Of a stretch of DNA of 64,000 nt, positions 1 to 13,283 are shown one piece after another; within the stretch, counting starts at the first letter, position 1, and each line of letters begins with the position of its first letter. The notes beneath the pieces were generated by a model that saw only the letters and a program-made list of their open reading frames with translations, had not been told where the DNA came from and ran no database searches. A program made the translations under genes and the position numbers. Source of the DNA: Lama glama (taxonomy: Eukaryota); the NCBI GenBank assembly GCA_028534125.1, contig CM052818.1:36582001-36646000 (forward strand), read 5' to 3'.

Positions 1-33
1 CAGGAGGAGCTGGGGATACTCAGGAGGCCTCTA

Positions 34-516
<483 letters not shown>

Positions 517-944
517 TCAGTCCTTGAGTTATTAATAAGCCACAACAACATCCATGGGCATGTGTTGAGCACTGGCTGTGTAGTACTCAGCCCAGGCCCA
601 GTGCCCCAGGTGCCCAGCCCTTTGACATGTGAGAGGACAGCTCTCCAAAGCGTTACCATCAGGCCCATCCTGCCCCCACACTGGCTTCTGAGGCCCCAAA
701 CGTCCCACTCCACAGAGGACACGTGGGAGGGTGGGGACTGGGGCTCCTAGGAGGATAGCTCAGTCCTGCCACCACAGCGGAAGGCAGGGAGCATCGTAAC
801 TGGGACCCTCAGCTCCTCCTTGCAGAAGCAGGCAGGCTCCCTGCTCCCAGATCTCACTCACTAATTTAGATACTTAGATTAATGAGAAAATAAACCTCAG
901 GGCAAAAACAAACATTAGGACGGCATTGGTCTCCCTGAACTACC

Positions 945-1262
945 ACCTTATGGTGAAATATTATATAGTCATTAAAAATCATGGTTACTAAGAGTTCTTA
1001 ATGAGATGGCAAAATGCTTACACCATAGTGTTAAGTGAGAAAGGCAGGACATAAAAGGACACAAATATAATCTCACCATGTAAAATGCTATGTGCAGGAG
1101 GGAAAAAAACCCCAAATGTTAGCAGGACTATTTATTCTTGGGTGAGAGGATTCAAGGAAACTTTCATTCTCTTGTCTACACTTCTCTGTATTTGCCAAAT
1201 TTTCTCCTGTGGCCATTGCCATTATTTATAATATTATAATATTTATAATAAAGAAAAAAAAA
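945..1262 (+). mobile_element. Old L1 (L1ME-like) 3' fragment
   Basis: 'aaatattatatagtcattaaaaatcatg...aaatgctta...gttaagtgagaaaggcagg' resembles L1ME 3' ends and finishes in an A-rich tail. Confidence 0.6.
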
Positions 1263-1543
1263 GTTGGAGAGCCCAGGACTGGGATAACTGGGATGTGTGG
1301 GGGCACAAGTCTCAACAGAGGTGGTTCCAAGAAGAGTGACCAGAAGGCCCAGGAGTGCAGCCAGAGCCCAACCAGGTTTGAGGTAAAAGGTGAGGTGGGG
1401 TCAGGGCAGAGACAGATGCCCACTGGGGACAGTCACAGAAGGCCAAAGGAACCTCAAGGGACAGCTGCAGGCGGCTCTCAGATGAGGAGACGGTGCTCTG
1501 GACTTCGGCTGGAAGCCAACTAAGTGACCCAGCTGGTGGGGGG

Positions 1544-1560
1544 GCAGCGCCCCCTACTGG
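1544..1560 (-). promoter_or_regulatory. CTCF consensus motif (CCAGTAGGGGGCGCTGC on minus strand)
   Basis: 14/14 match to the core CCASYAGRKGGCRS. Binding is inferred only. Confidence 0.65.
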
Positions 1561-2233
1561 GCATCTTTGAGCAGCGGGACTCTCCTCACCAGGCGGACTG
1601 GGGAGTACCCGCAGGCGGGAGGGAGGAAGGCCTTACTAGGGCTTTGATACATAATGCAGATGACAAACAGTGCCTGTATCAGGGCCTGCTGGGAGGAGCG
1701 GGAGCCGCATCCTATTAGGACCCGTAGGCTGTACTGAGCTAATTGCATTAGGCTGCACTTTATCTTTGGCCTGCATTTCAGATGCTTCGCTTCTGTGAAC
1801 AGCACAGGAAACAAAAGAAGAGACTGAATCTCCTGAGGACAGAACAATTCAGTGGACAAGCTTCCTTATCAGAGGCCTCTGCTCCGTTTCTGTCTGTGGG
1901 ACAGATGGGCGCTTCAGGTGGGCAAGGGGGCTGGGGATTTTGCCACACTTCTAGTAGTCTTACAGAACTTAGGGAACAATAGCGTGGCTTTTACAGCGTT
2001 CTCTAAATAGACAGCTTTCCAGTGTGCCCCATCTGCAGCCCTTTCTGTATTCCCAGGTTCTTGGGGTGCTGGTGGGCTCAGAGGTGCAGACGTTGCTTCC
2101 TCCATCGTAAGAGGCATCTTGGGGGAAGGAGCCTGTGTGATGTCCCATTTAGGGCCCTGTTCTGGGGTGAAATTTGAATGTGGAGACCCCAGCCTCCTCA
2201 CCAGCACCCCTGGCAATACAGAACTACCTCCTG

Positions 2234-2250
2234 CCAGTAGGGGGCGCTGC
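2234..2250 (+). promoter_or_regulatory. CTCF consensus motif (CCAGTAGGGGGCGCTGC on plus strand)
   Basis: 14/14 match to the core CCASYAGRKGGCRS; identical over 17 bp to the inverted copy at 1544-1560. Confidence 0.65.
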
Positions 2251-4299
2251 GGCCCCTCTCTGCTGCCTGGAATTCCTGGCGGCCTCCTAGGCCAGAGGCA
2301 GGTTAGGTTTTCCGGGTCCTCCTGCAGCTGCCCTCCCCCACTGCTGAATCAGCTTTCATGACCCCCCCCCCACCCCGCCTCGTCTGGCAACTTGACAGGG
2401 TAGGGAAAGGCTCTGTGAACTTGGAGGCCCTGGGCCTGGCCCTTACAGCAGCCACTGTCACGAGAAGGGGCGGTTGGGGTCTCCTCCTTGAGAGTGGGTA
2501 GCCAGCCTCTTAACACTTTAGGAGGTCCAGTTTTTGCCCTAAAATTAGGGGAGTTTCTGAACTTAAAAAACTGCCCACTTTTCCTCAGGCTTCTGATTGC
2601 AAAACGCTCCTGCTGGCTTGCTTTCTTGCACCTTTGCTGGTTCGTCGGTTGATTCTTCACTAAATAAGCACCGGGCCCCTGCTCTGTGCCTGGCCCTGCC
2701 CACGGCACAGGGGACGCGCGGTCACTGACACTCAGCCCTGCTCTCGAGGGGCTGCTCCGGGCCAAGCAGACTGTGACCCGAGCCCCAGAAGGAAGCTGGG
2801 TGCTGGGGGCCGAGTTGTGGCTACAACAGGCATGCTGCCTGCCTGTGTCTTTCATGACCGTTAAAGTGAGCTCTTATGTACAAGACAGTGGTGCTGCCAT
2901 GAGAAGGAAAACAGCCTATCTTTTTTGCTTTAGGAAAGATAAATAAGGACTCACTTGTTCTATTTGGCACTAGCAACCTCTGAAGCTATGAGCAACTTGC
3001 AATTCAGGATTTGTATTTATTTTATTGAAATAAAGAAATGAACATTCCTTCCTTCACTCCCTCCAGAGAAAACACGGACGCGGGCTGGGCGCCCTGCCCT
3101 GGCGCCCGGCTGGCCAGGTGGTGAGGAATGTTGCAGCAGGTGATGTGAGGCAGCTCGGCCCGACCGGAGCCCCGTCCTCCTGCAAAGGGCCCCAGGCCCA
3201 AAGAAAATGCGAGGTGACCAAGTGTGGGTCTGCAGCTCTGGCTCTGAACTCTGCTCCTACTAAGCCTTCCCCCTTGGTTCAGAGTCCCAAGGTCAACAAC
3301 TTCACCCCCAGCCCAAATGCCAGGACTCCCCCAGTTTCACTTCTCGCTAGGGGGCTGCCAACCCCTGAGAATGCACAGGCAACAACTAGGAGAAGAGCTC
3401 CAGCTGGGCGAGGAGGGGAGGGCTGAAGAAGCCTCCTCTCAACCCCTCCCACTGCCGTTGCCAGGACATCAGTGAAGCCATGAAGACACCTGGCCTCTCC
3501 CCTGAGTTCCTGGCTTTGCTCAGCTCCCGTGACACGGTGGCACTCGGCACAGAGCGGCAGCAGAGGAGAGCCCTCCTCCTGCCCGGTTCCTCCAAGTGGC
3601 CCTACCTGCCCATCATCTGGCCCGAGCAGTCTTCTCTCTGCTTCCCTTTAATGAGATGCTAATGGGATGCATCATTAACGCAGCAGCTTTTAAACCCTGA
3701 GCTCTTGTAAATTTTCAAAGGTCACATTTTTACGGTGGCTGACAGCATCCCGCTTCTTTCAGTGACTGAAGAACACTAAGGACCCCGATCCTTTACGGAT
3801 GATGCTCTGTGAAGGGCGCCATGGGCTGAAGCGCCTGTAGGTCAGAGGGGCTAGGAACCTCCACCTGCGACAAGCCTCCCGGGGCCCCTGGGTTGTGCTC
3901 TGTCAGCTTGGGGAGAATCAGTTACTCGTCGCCCACAGAGCGGCACCGGGGCCCTGCCCCATTTAGGGGACAGCATGTGGGGCTGCAGGCGGTGTGAGGA
4001 TGCCTGGCAGCAGGGACAAGGGGGCTGACACGCCTGGGGAGGCAGAGGTGCTTTTCTTTCCACAGAGCACCATTTGCTCACCAGGCTGTGCACCCACGAA
4101 GCTTTGACAGCCAGGAGGGAGCTTTGGCTAATTTGTCCACCCAGAGGAAGCCCTTTTTTTCTCCCTTGTGTACAGGTGCCGTATCGACCAGCAGCATGCC
4201 AGGTGGTCAGGGAGGTTTGAAAGATGACTGGAAGGGATACCCTGGGACCCTCCCATGCCTTGACTGTTCTCACTCCATGCCCTGAGCATGTGATAATCA

Positions 4300-4445
4300 C
4301 AGCCTCAGAACGCAACCTTCCAGGGCTGGTACTGACCTGCCAGGGCCGATACGGGCGGGTGAGCTCCAGGATGGCAGGGGCCTGCATGGTACCTGGCCCA
4401 GCTGGGGCCAGCTGGGTGTAGGTGCCTGGGGAACGAATGAATGAA
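4300..4445 (+). mobile_element. L2 3' end fragment
   Basis: 'gtgagctccaggatggcagggg...cctggccca...taggtgcct...gaatgaatgaa' resembles the L2 terminus. Confidence 0.5.
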
Positions 4446-6510
4446 GGCACGGTCTCTGCACTACCGTGTTGACCAACAGTGGGAGTGTTCATCACTGTTG
4501 GTTCATGAGTGCACAGTGCACTTCAGAAGAGTAACCGAACAGAGATGTGAAGTGGCTTAGTGTGCTTGGGAAACCTGATGCAATGAGTTCCCCTCACTGG
4601 GGAGATGACCTTTCCAGACAGTGAGGGCCTCATGTGCTGGGACCCCTAACACCATTGCCCTGGATGCTGTCGGAGGCTGCTTGGAGGCCTAGTGGCCCAG
4701 TCCACGGACCCCCTCTCACCCCTCCTGGGCATGGTGGAAGACGTGGCGTGCTGAGGTTGACTCCTACCTCCGTGGGGCTGGGGGATCGCCTGGAAACCAG
4801 AACTCAGTTTCTTCCGCTATTTACCCAAGAACGTCAGAAGGGGGTGAATCAATGGAACCCAGAAGTCAGGAAGAGCTGATGTTGGACCACAAAGGCTAGG
4901 TAGGATTCAATAAGGCAGGTGATTCTGGCCAAAGTTGCCATCAAATGACCCCACAGCAGCTGGTGTGATTCCAGCCTCGATACATTTGGCAGAGCCAGAC
5001 TCCAGAGTCCACTTCTGGGGTTCACGTGGGCCTCCTCTAGGGGGAAGGACAGTGCCAGCACTCATGTCCCTCTCTTGCCAAGGAACCTGCCTCCACAGAC
5101 TGGAGCCTGCAAGTCTGAACACTCTTGTCACTGGTGTGGTTGGTAGGGACTGCCATCTGCTGAGTGTCCTTGAATACAGCAGTGAGCCCCCTCCCCACAG
5201 GGGAGCCTGGAGTCCCCCAGCCTTCATCTTGCTTTAACTGATCAGACAGTACTTCCTCTGGGCCAGAATCACCACAGGACACCAAGGCACACCCAGCTGG
5301 GGGGAAGGGGGTTGAGGGGGGTGAGAAATGGCCTTGATGGACACAAGCCACAGGGAGGACAGCAGGGGGCCACCCAGGGCTGACTGCACTCCAAGCTTCA
5401 TCTGCAGCCTGGTTTTTATCTAATGATTCCCAGGAATTCCCACCCAACTTGGGAAAGACCTGCTTTGGTGAGACACCCCCACAGCCCCTGGCTTAGTATT
5501 CCAAGGGCCCCTTCTGACGAGGGACTGCTGATGTAGCCTGAGCCCTGCAGTGGACCTTTGACAAATTTTTTCCTCACTGCCTGGCCCCTTTTGAACACCG
5601 CTGTCTCGCCCCTATCTTGAGGGGGAAGTCAGTACGTGCCCTGCCAGCTTCCCTTGCAGCTAGAGCACAGGCCTGTGCCGGCTGCTTAGACACACTGGAG
5701 TGAGATTTCAGTCTGGGAGCCGGGCGATGCGAGGAAACCAGCACAGCTCCAAGTCCACATTCTGCAGAGGTGAGTGGCCGAGCCACACTGATTTGGGAGC
5801 ACAAGGATGGTGGTGGCTCTGGTGTCCTGGGCCCAGCATTGGCAGTGAATGCTCTTATTTCCTTTTTCCCCTCACTCTGGAGGGATCTCAGGTCTCCTCT
5901 GAGAACAGCGAGAGCAGGTTCCCATGGGGCTCCTAGCAGACGTGGGTGCTCAGGCTTCTCCGACCACGACCATGAGGCCCTGAGCTGCCCTGGGAATCAC
6001 CTCCTAGCAGCTGCCCGTTCCAGGACTGAACATAGCTGGACAGTCTGCTCCCTGCAATGAGTGGACATCTCACCTCCTTTTCAGCATCCCTCCCCCTACA
6101 AGGCGCTTAGGGGCATCATAGTGCCCAAGTCCACCTATGGGGACTGACAGAGGCCAGCTTTTGGTAAACTAATTCACACTGGTGTATCAGGGACCGACTG
6201 TGGGGCCCTCTCAGGGTCCCTCACACTACAAAGGTGAAAGCTAGAAAGCAATTCTTACTTAAAGGAACAGTGTTCTAATGGTGGAAATCTAGGCTGCGGA
6301 GGAGGATATTTTGGTGCCTGGGTTTTTTACATCAGCTCAGGGGTTTATACCTAGACAGCTGGCTTTCTAGGGCTTGCAGTTTATCCACGAGAGCAAGGAT
6401 TCCAAGATCACACAGGTAGAGCATCAACCACCCCCATGGCAGGGGTCCTCTGATTCATGTGAGTGCATGTTAGAAGATGCTAGGGGTGCTGTTAAGAAGG
6501 CGGGCTTCTG

Positions 6511-6687
6511 AAAACATGGAAGCAGCCTAAATGTCCATCAACAGGTGACTGGATAACGAAGATGTGGTATATTTATACAATGGAATACTACTCAGCCATA
6601 AAAACTGACAACATAACGCCATTTGCAGCAACATGGATGCTCCTGGAGAATGTCATTCTAAGTGAAGTAAGCCAGAAAGAGAAAGAA
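6511..6687 (+). mobile_element. L1 fragment (ORF2 C-terminus), running into an assembly gap
   Basis: Translates as ...MWYIYTMEYYSAIK...PFAATWMLLENVILSEVSQKEK, the typical L1 ORF2 C-terminus; homologous to ~24142-24301. Confidence 0.92.
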
Positions 6688-6787
6688 NNNNNNNNNNNNN
6701 NNNNNNNNNNNNNNNNNNNNNNNNNNNNNNNNNNNNNNNNNNNNNNNNNNNNNNNNNNNNNNNNNNNNNNNNNNNNNNNNNNNNNNN
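6688..6787. other. Assembly gap (100 N)
   Basis: Run of exactly 100 N. Confidence 1.
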
Positions 6788-7609
6788 GCCTCTGGGAAGA
6801 CCAAATGGCATTTATGGGCCTCGCAGTTCTCATTTCATGATTGCTACTGAACTACAGACAAGAAAATAATCGCAGTTAAATCCCCACTGCGGGCCAGGGG
6901 AGGCTCTCCAGAGCCCCTCCTGCCCTCATTAACCAGGCTGCCCCCTGCTGAACCCAGGCCGCGCCCTTGGCACCCCTTCTGAGCAGCGCCACAATGCGCT
7001 CTGGAGCCCGGTGAAATTTCTAATAATACTAACCAATGATGTGTTAAATTGAGACACTTCTGGCTTGCATGCCGGAAACTGCACGATGGTTTAAAGGACC
7101 AGTGCTTACCTTTCTCTATCAATTTGCTGCTAAATTACTGCTTTCGGAACAACTTACAGAAAAGTAATTCTTTATTTAAATTTTAATTTCAAACTTGTCA
7201 TTTTAAATATATATTCAGATTCCAATCATATTACGGAATATGATGATGGCTCTGGAGGGCAAGCGTCCTGCCAGGAGCCTGGGTGGGGGCAGAGGATGTG
7301 ATGGGGGTGGGTAAGGGATGGAGTAAGATGGGCTCGACCCTGGGGGACAGCTTGTCGAGGGCAGCCAAGTGCTGGGGTGGGAGATAGAACTGAAGAGACC
7401 AGTGGTCAGCCCCAAACCTGGCCGTGCGACTCCAGGCTTCGTGCCCAGCCTGAGGGTCATCTGCGAACATTTTAATTTGAAACCATCAACCACCTCTGGT
7501 GCTTTCTCTCTCTTTCTAGATCATCATAAGGACCCAACAAACCCCAGCCATAAACGGATGCCAGGCACAGGTGAGAGGGGGCTGCCCGGCCTGCTGCCAT
7601 TCTAATGGT

Positions 7610-7790
7610 TCACATGTATTGAGCGCCTCCTACAGGCCAGACATGGGCATGATGTGATTTCCTTTACTGAGGAAATCTGCTCTCACCTTCATTTTACAAA
7701 TGAGAGTAAGGCCCAGAGAAGTCCGATGATGGCTACAGCACGACAGACTTGGGGCTCTAACCCAGGTCTGTTCCATTCTGAGACCCTCAG
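7610..7790 (-). mobile_element. MIR SINE fragment
   Basis: 'cattttacaaatgagagtaaggcccagagaag' is the reverse MIR core. Confidence 0.6.
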
Positions 7791-10700
7791 AAGTGCTCTG
7801 TGATGGCTGGAATGTTCCCAGGCCACCCCTGCTGTGGTGGACAGCCCCATATCAAGGCCATGTCCACTTTACCCTGTTGGGGTTACCCCTGGATCCCTAC
7901 CCCGGTGACCACAGGAGTACCAGTTATGGCCTCTCCTTCCCCCGCAGCGTCCAGCCCAAGTGGGCCTTCTGCCCTGATTCTGACTGCACGCTGGGGCCGG
8001 GGAGCCAACTCCAGTGTGCTTCCATCATCTGTCCCACCCACTCAGACCCCCGAGACCATAAGCCACCATGGACGTGTTCCGCCAACCCCTGCCAGTGAGG
8101 TCTTGGCCCTCTCCAATGGGGCCAATTCTTCAGTCTCAGACCAGGGTGGCCCAGACTGGCACCCTTTCCAAAGCTGGTGATGCACTTCCACCCCTCACGT
8201 CCCCTCTCCCTTCAGCACCCTACTCCCTCTCCCTCTCCCTCTCCACCAGCCCCTTCCCCTTGGCTTTCCAACCTGGGGACCAAAAAATCCTTGTGTGACC
8301 ACTTCACTTGCCATTCCAGCATCCATCTGCCTTCCTGTTCCCCCCTATTCTGTGGTCATCCACATAGAATTCAGGACACCTGGTACCCACCCCTGTTACC
8401 CTCAGCTTTCACTCCTTAACTCTTCCCACCCCTGCACTTTAGTGAAACCATCCCCTTTAAATGGACAGTCAGCTCCCAACACCAAAGCCAGCAGCATTTC
8501 CCCTCCCTTTCCTCTGATCCCTAACACCGGCTTCCTCGTGCCTTGCCTGGTTGCCGCGCTGTTCACTGGCGTCTTCTCTTGCCGGTTCTCCAGCGTGGAT
8601 GTGTTCCAGGGCTCACGCCAGTGTTGCTCTGGCCCCTTCTCTCAGGTCTGTTTGGGCCCTATCTTCTTTCATAATGATTTTTCTGATTTGAAACCTCTGT
8701 GTGGTAGCCATTGTCTTTGACAGAACCCAGCTTCCTATAGTATTCTGGAAGTATATTTGCTTTTCCCTTTTCCAGCATCAAAGTCTATACCTTGGAAACA
8801 GTTTTGCTGAAAGTTCAGCTCAGATGGCCTCCCCTGCAAACATAAAGCAACCGTGGCTGGGGCCGGTTTGTGCACTGTGCTCTATCGTGTGCCCTGTCCA
8901 GGCCCCCAGCCCCTTCCTCCAGGCCCCCTCCCAACGGATGGGCCTTGTGGACAAAGGAAATGATAAATCTGGCGGGACCTTACAACTCAAAGCTTTCAAC
9001 GTTTCTCTAACAACTTTCAACTGAAAACTTCTTAGTCCCATTTCCAAGTAACTTTTCATCCATTACAAAAACCCACAAAATTTTCAAAGGGGCTTTGAAA
9101 TAAGATCACCCAGAAAAAAAAGCCCATCACAAACGAAAGTCTTTGAAAAGAAAGAGGCCTTTTCTGTGCTTCAGCTCCCCTCTGATATCAGTTTCCCTTT
9201 CATTCTGCTGAAAGGTGCAGGGCAGGCCTGGCCCTCAGCAGACGCCTGTGATGTGAGGGAGCCAGTGGCCCAGACGGACAGACGGGGCTGCGGAGGAGAG
9301 CGAGGGACACCTGCTCGCGGCGCTGGGACGGCCTTTCATCGCCCCTTTCAATCGGCCCGCACGGCTCCCCTGACAGCCGTGTGCCTTGTAACCTGCCCGG
9401 CCTGTTCCTGCTCACCTCCACACTGGTGACAACGCAGCTCCCTCCAGAGCGCGGTGACCCAGCTTCATTCTTGTCGCCAGAGTGGGCGGGAAGGTAGGCG
9501 AGGCAGGGGCAGCCCTGCTCTGATCTTTGATGGACGTTTCCCAAATGCTGGCCCTGCAGGCGGTGACTCTGGGACCACCCCTTGACCTCGCAGCCTCAGA
9601 GCCTGTGACCTGCCCGTCCTCCCCGGGGACAGCTCCAGACTCGCAGACACACCTCAGACCACACCCACGTCCAGGAGCTTTCGTTATCTTCAGATTTGAA
9701 ATCCTCAGTGAATCTGGTGAGGAAAAGTCCACTGTACAGGGCGGCTGAGCTCAGAGTGGGTGCGGGCAAACGCGGGTCTGTTACTGAACTATGTGCTCAT
9801 CTGGCCCGGCCCTCCGAGGCCGACCCTCTGAGCGCCCAGCAGGAATTTGGAGCCAGGCCTTCCTGGAGTGGGCTCTTGACCACCCCAGGCAGGGGAAGCA
9901 GCAGGCTCTCAGGGACAGCTTGTCTGGGGACTGGCCCGGCCCCTCTGCCCCCAAGGCTCTCCCAGCCCCTCTGAAGAGGGCATTCTAGGATTAAATACGA
10001 TTTCCTTGCATACAGGATCCGCCGAGCCAGAAAGAACCCCAAGAATGAGTACTGGCCCACTGCCTGTGGCTCCCCTGGGGTCCCTCCCTCAACAAACACC
10101 CGACACTCCTACCCAAACTCACGGTCCACCTTCTGAGCTGTGGGCCTGGGTGAAGCCTCCCTTGTTTCTTGTTACAGACAAAGGCTCGCCAGCGAGGGGG
10201 ACCAGTCCTGAGTTCTCAGCCCTGTGCCGCGTGACTCTCACGGCTGACTCTCCGAGCAGAAGGCGATTGAGAGCCTGACTCTCTCGCCGGGTAAGACGGT
10301 CCTGACACAGACATCTTCGGCGACCTCGTTAGAAGCCTAACAAGAGGGAGGATTGTGGCAGGGTCACCTCGAGGCCAGGCAGGACAAAGAAACAAACAAT
10401 GCAGCACAAACGTCGCTGTGAGGCGGCTCCTCAGATGGGGAGGCACAGCGGAAGGAGCTGAAGCAGCTTTACTGCCAGGACTTCAAGACTCACTGAAGCA
10501 AGTCAGTGCCCGGGTGTGCATCTCAGGACTGGAGCCTACAGTCCGATGCAGTGCGGGGCTGGGAGCCTGGTGGGATGACCTGCTCTGCGGCAGAATATTC
10601 CGGAAGCGCCCTATGGGGGACACCGATCAGTTGACCTTCCCCACTGCCTGGTGCTTTCTCCCGCCTGGGCTCTCTGTAGGGAGAGCAGCGCAGCGCCAGA

Positions 10701-11543
10701 CAGGGTCCGGAGGGCGGGGCATGCCCTTGGCCACAGTCCCGCTGAGCTACATTAGTTCAGAACCGAGGTGGGTCAAGTGGTTTTTTTTTTTTTTAAGGAA
10801 ATGGCATCATTCAGCTCCAGCCCATCTTTTTAGGCTTTGGAAAGCTTTCTGGTGCAGACAGATTCTATCTAAACTCACTGGAGGTCCAGGTGCAAGAGGG
10901 AAAGTGGTAAAATCCTTAACAGGTGGTGAAGAGGGGCGGGAGAGATGGAAGCAGGCCCTCTTGGGGTAGAAGGACGGAAAGCCTTCTCCTCTGGGGTGAT
11001 GTGGGAGGAGGAGTGGGGTTCTGGGTGAGCAGAGCAGTGTAAAGCTCTGGCCCTGCCCTGCAAGAGGATGGGGCAGGCACTGTACCATGCCTGGGGCCGT
11101 TGGGCCAGACTCACCATGGAGACGGCTAGGAGATGGCCTGAGGGTCTTTCTGCCCGTGGCTGCTTGCCTGGATCCTGGGTCAGGGAGGGGGGATCCAGAC
11201 AAAGCCCCTCAACTGACACCCCTTCCTCAGCAGACTGTGTGGGCTTCCTTCCCTTCACCTCCTTGCATTGCTGCCTGGATACCACAGCTCCACCCATTCT
11301 GGGCGTGGGCCTGCCACCTTCAGACGTATCATTCAGTCACTCATTCATTCACCCCACACTTACTGAGAAGCTATCCTGTGCTGGAGACACAGCAATGAGT
11401 GGTCTCTGGCCGAGGGGAGTGCACAGGAGGAATCATAATCATAACAGCTGGTATCTGTCGAACCCTTAGGTGTACCATTTACAACTCTCAAAACCCAGGA
11501 GTTCTCTGAGGCTCAGATTGGGGTGTCCATCTCAGTCCCCCCC

Positions 11544-11909
11544 TTTATTAGTCAGCTTGTGTTGCCATAGCAAAATACCATAGACTGGGTGACATAACTA
11601 CAGAAATTCCCACAATTCTGAGGGCTGGCAGGCGGTGATCAGGGTACCCAACATGGGGTTCTGGCGAGGGCTCTCCTCCTGGCTTGCAGACAGCCGCCTT
11701 CTCACTGTGGCCTCGCACGGCAGAGAGAGAAAGTTCTAGTCTCTTCCTCTATTTATAAGGACACTAGTCTCATCCTGGGGGCCCCCGTCCTCATGACTTC
11801 ATCTAAACCAAACTGTCTCCCAAAAGCCCCCTCTTTAAATACCACCACATTGTGGGGCAGAGGAATTCAACCCTATGAATTTTGGGGGAACACTGCTCAG
11901 TCCCTTGCA
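11544..11909 (-). mobile_element. MaLR solo LTR (MLT1A-like)
   Basis: 'tattagtcagct..gttgccatagcaaaataccatagactgggtg...tatgaattttggggg' is the reverse complement of the MLT1A pattern. Confidence 0.85.
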
Positions 11910-12584
11910 CACACATAAGCATGCACGCAGTAGATGTTGAGAAAATGCTTGCCGACTTGGATCGAGCTTTATCTGCCCGTTGTCTCTCTGCCCCACTTTG
12001 TCCAGCAGACCCTGAAGGTGTTCAGTGGAGGGCCACCCACAGGCCCGGCCAGCATACGCTTGGTCCTCCCACCAGCCTGAGCCCTAATTTTCTGGTGGTT
12101 TGCTTTTTTCTCTCACAACATAATCTCCATGATCTCTAGTCTTTCCCGAATGCTGTTGAAAGCCTTGTTGTATTTATCTCCGGAGAATCCGCCGTGCCCC
12201 TGTGCAATTTTCCATTGTCATGGTTCATTTTAATTTCCTCTAAGGCTGTTGGCCACTCTAGTGTTCAGAAATAGCTTGTTCCACTTAATAAAAGCGCTTA
12301 AATATGCAGACACGAGAAGTTTCCTTTGCTTGCTCCTAAACATCTCAGTAAGTGGAGTGAGATGCACGCCCTGCTTCGTGCAGTGAGGCTGAGCACATGC
12401 CAGGTGGCTTCCCAGGAAGGAGGAGCTTGGAATGAAAGGTACAAGGGCAGAAGCAGGATCAGAGAACTTCTGGGGGAAACCCAGCCAGCCTGGGCGGCCA
12501 CACACAGTCGTCCAGCTGGTAGTACGTGGGCCTCCTGATAGCACGTCCCATCATCATTCTGATCAGAGCCCTGGCCCTGCAGGT

Positions 12585-12690
12585 GGAGGGTCTGGGTTTG
12601 AGGCCTGCACCACCTCTAACTTGCCTTGTGACTTTGCACAAGTCAATTCACCTCTCAGAGCCCTTGTTCCTTCATCTAGAAAACCGGCTT
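12585..12690 (+). mobile_element. MIR SINE fragment
   Basis: 'tgtgactttgcacaagtcaattcacctctcagagcc...ttcatctagaaa' resembles the MIR core. Confidence 0.55.
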
Positions 12691-13156
12691 GATAATCCTC
12701 CTTCCAAAGACTGATTTTGGCGAGGAGTAGAAACCCCGCGTTTCCAGGGCTTATCACGGAAGCTGGGGCAAAGCAGGGGCTCAGCAAGTGGCAGCTATTA
12801 TTACATTTAGGGGAGCCCAAGAATGCAAGAAGGATGCTGTGCTCAAGGCAGAGTTTTCCTTCTACGTCCCCTTTCTCTGGGTTGCTGGAGCCAGGGCACC
12901 AACCCCAGGCTATGGATTATTACAAAAGGACAAAGGAGAGGAAAGCAGGCTGGATTCTGATTCACATACCACATCTAAGGAAGCCTCGCTGTTTGACCGT
13001 GAGCCCAAAGCCAGGGCACCGCAAGCTCTGGTGGTAGCTGGTCTGAATTGCAGGTCAAGGTCTCAGAGCTGTGCTGGGCTCGCAGACCCAGGTAGCCAGG
13101 GGCAGAGTCCCAGGGCACCCTTCTTCGGTTTATAACAGCAATAAGGAATCAAGAGC

Positions 13157-13283
13157 TGGGTAGGGTACACAGTGATTGAGTGCCATGCTTAGCATGCTCA
13201 GGGTCCTAGATTCAATCCCCAGTACCTCCATTAAAAAAAAAAACAACCTAATCCCGCCCCACTCCCAAAAAAAGAAAAAAGAA
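13157..13283 (+). mobile_element. Camelid vic-1-type tRNA-Ala-derived SINE with 14-bp target-site duplication (TSD)
   Basis: tRNA-like head 'gagtgccatgcttagcatgctcagggtcctagattcaatccccagtacctcca', A-rich tail, and a perfect TSD AAGGAATCAAGAGC at 13143-13156 and 13284-13297. Confidence 0.9.
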
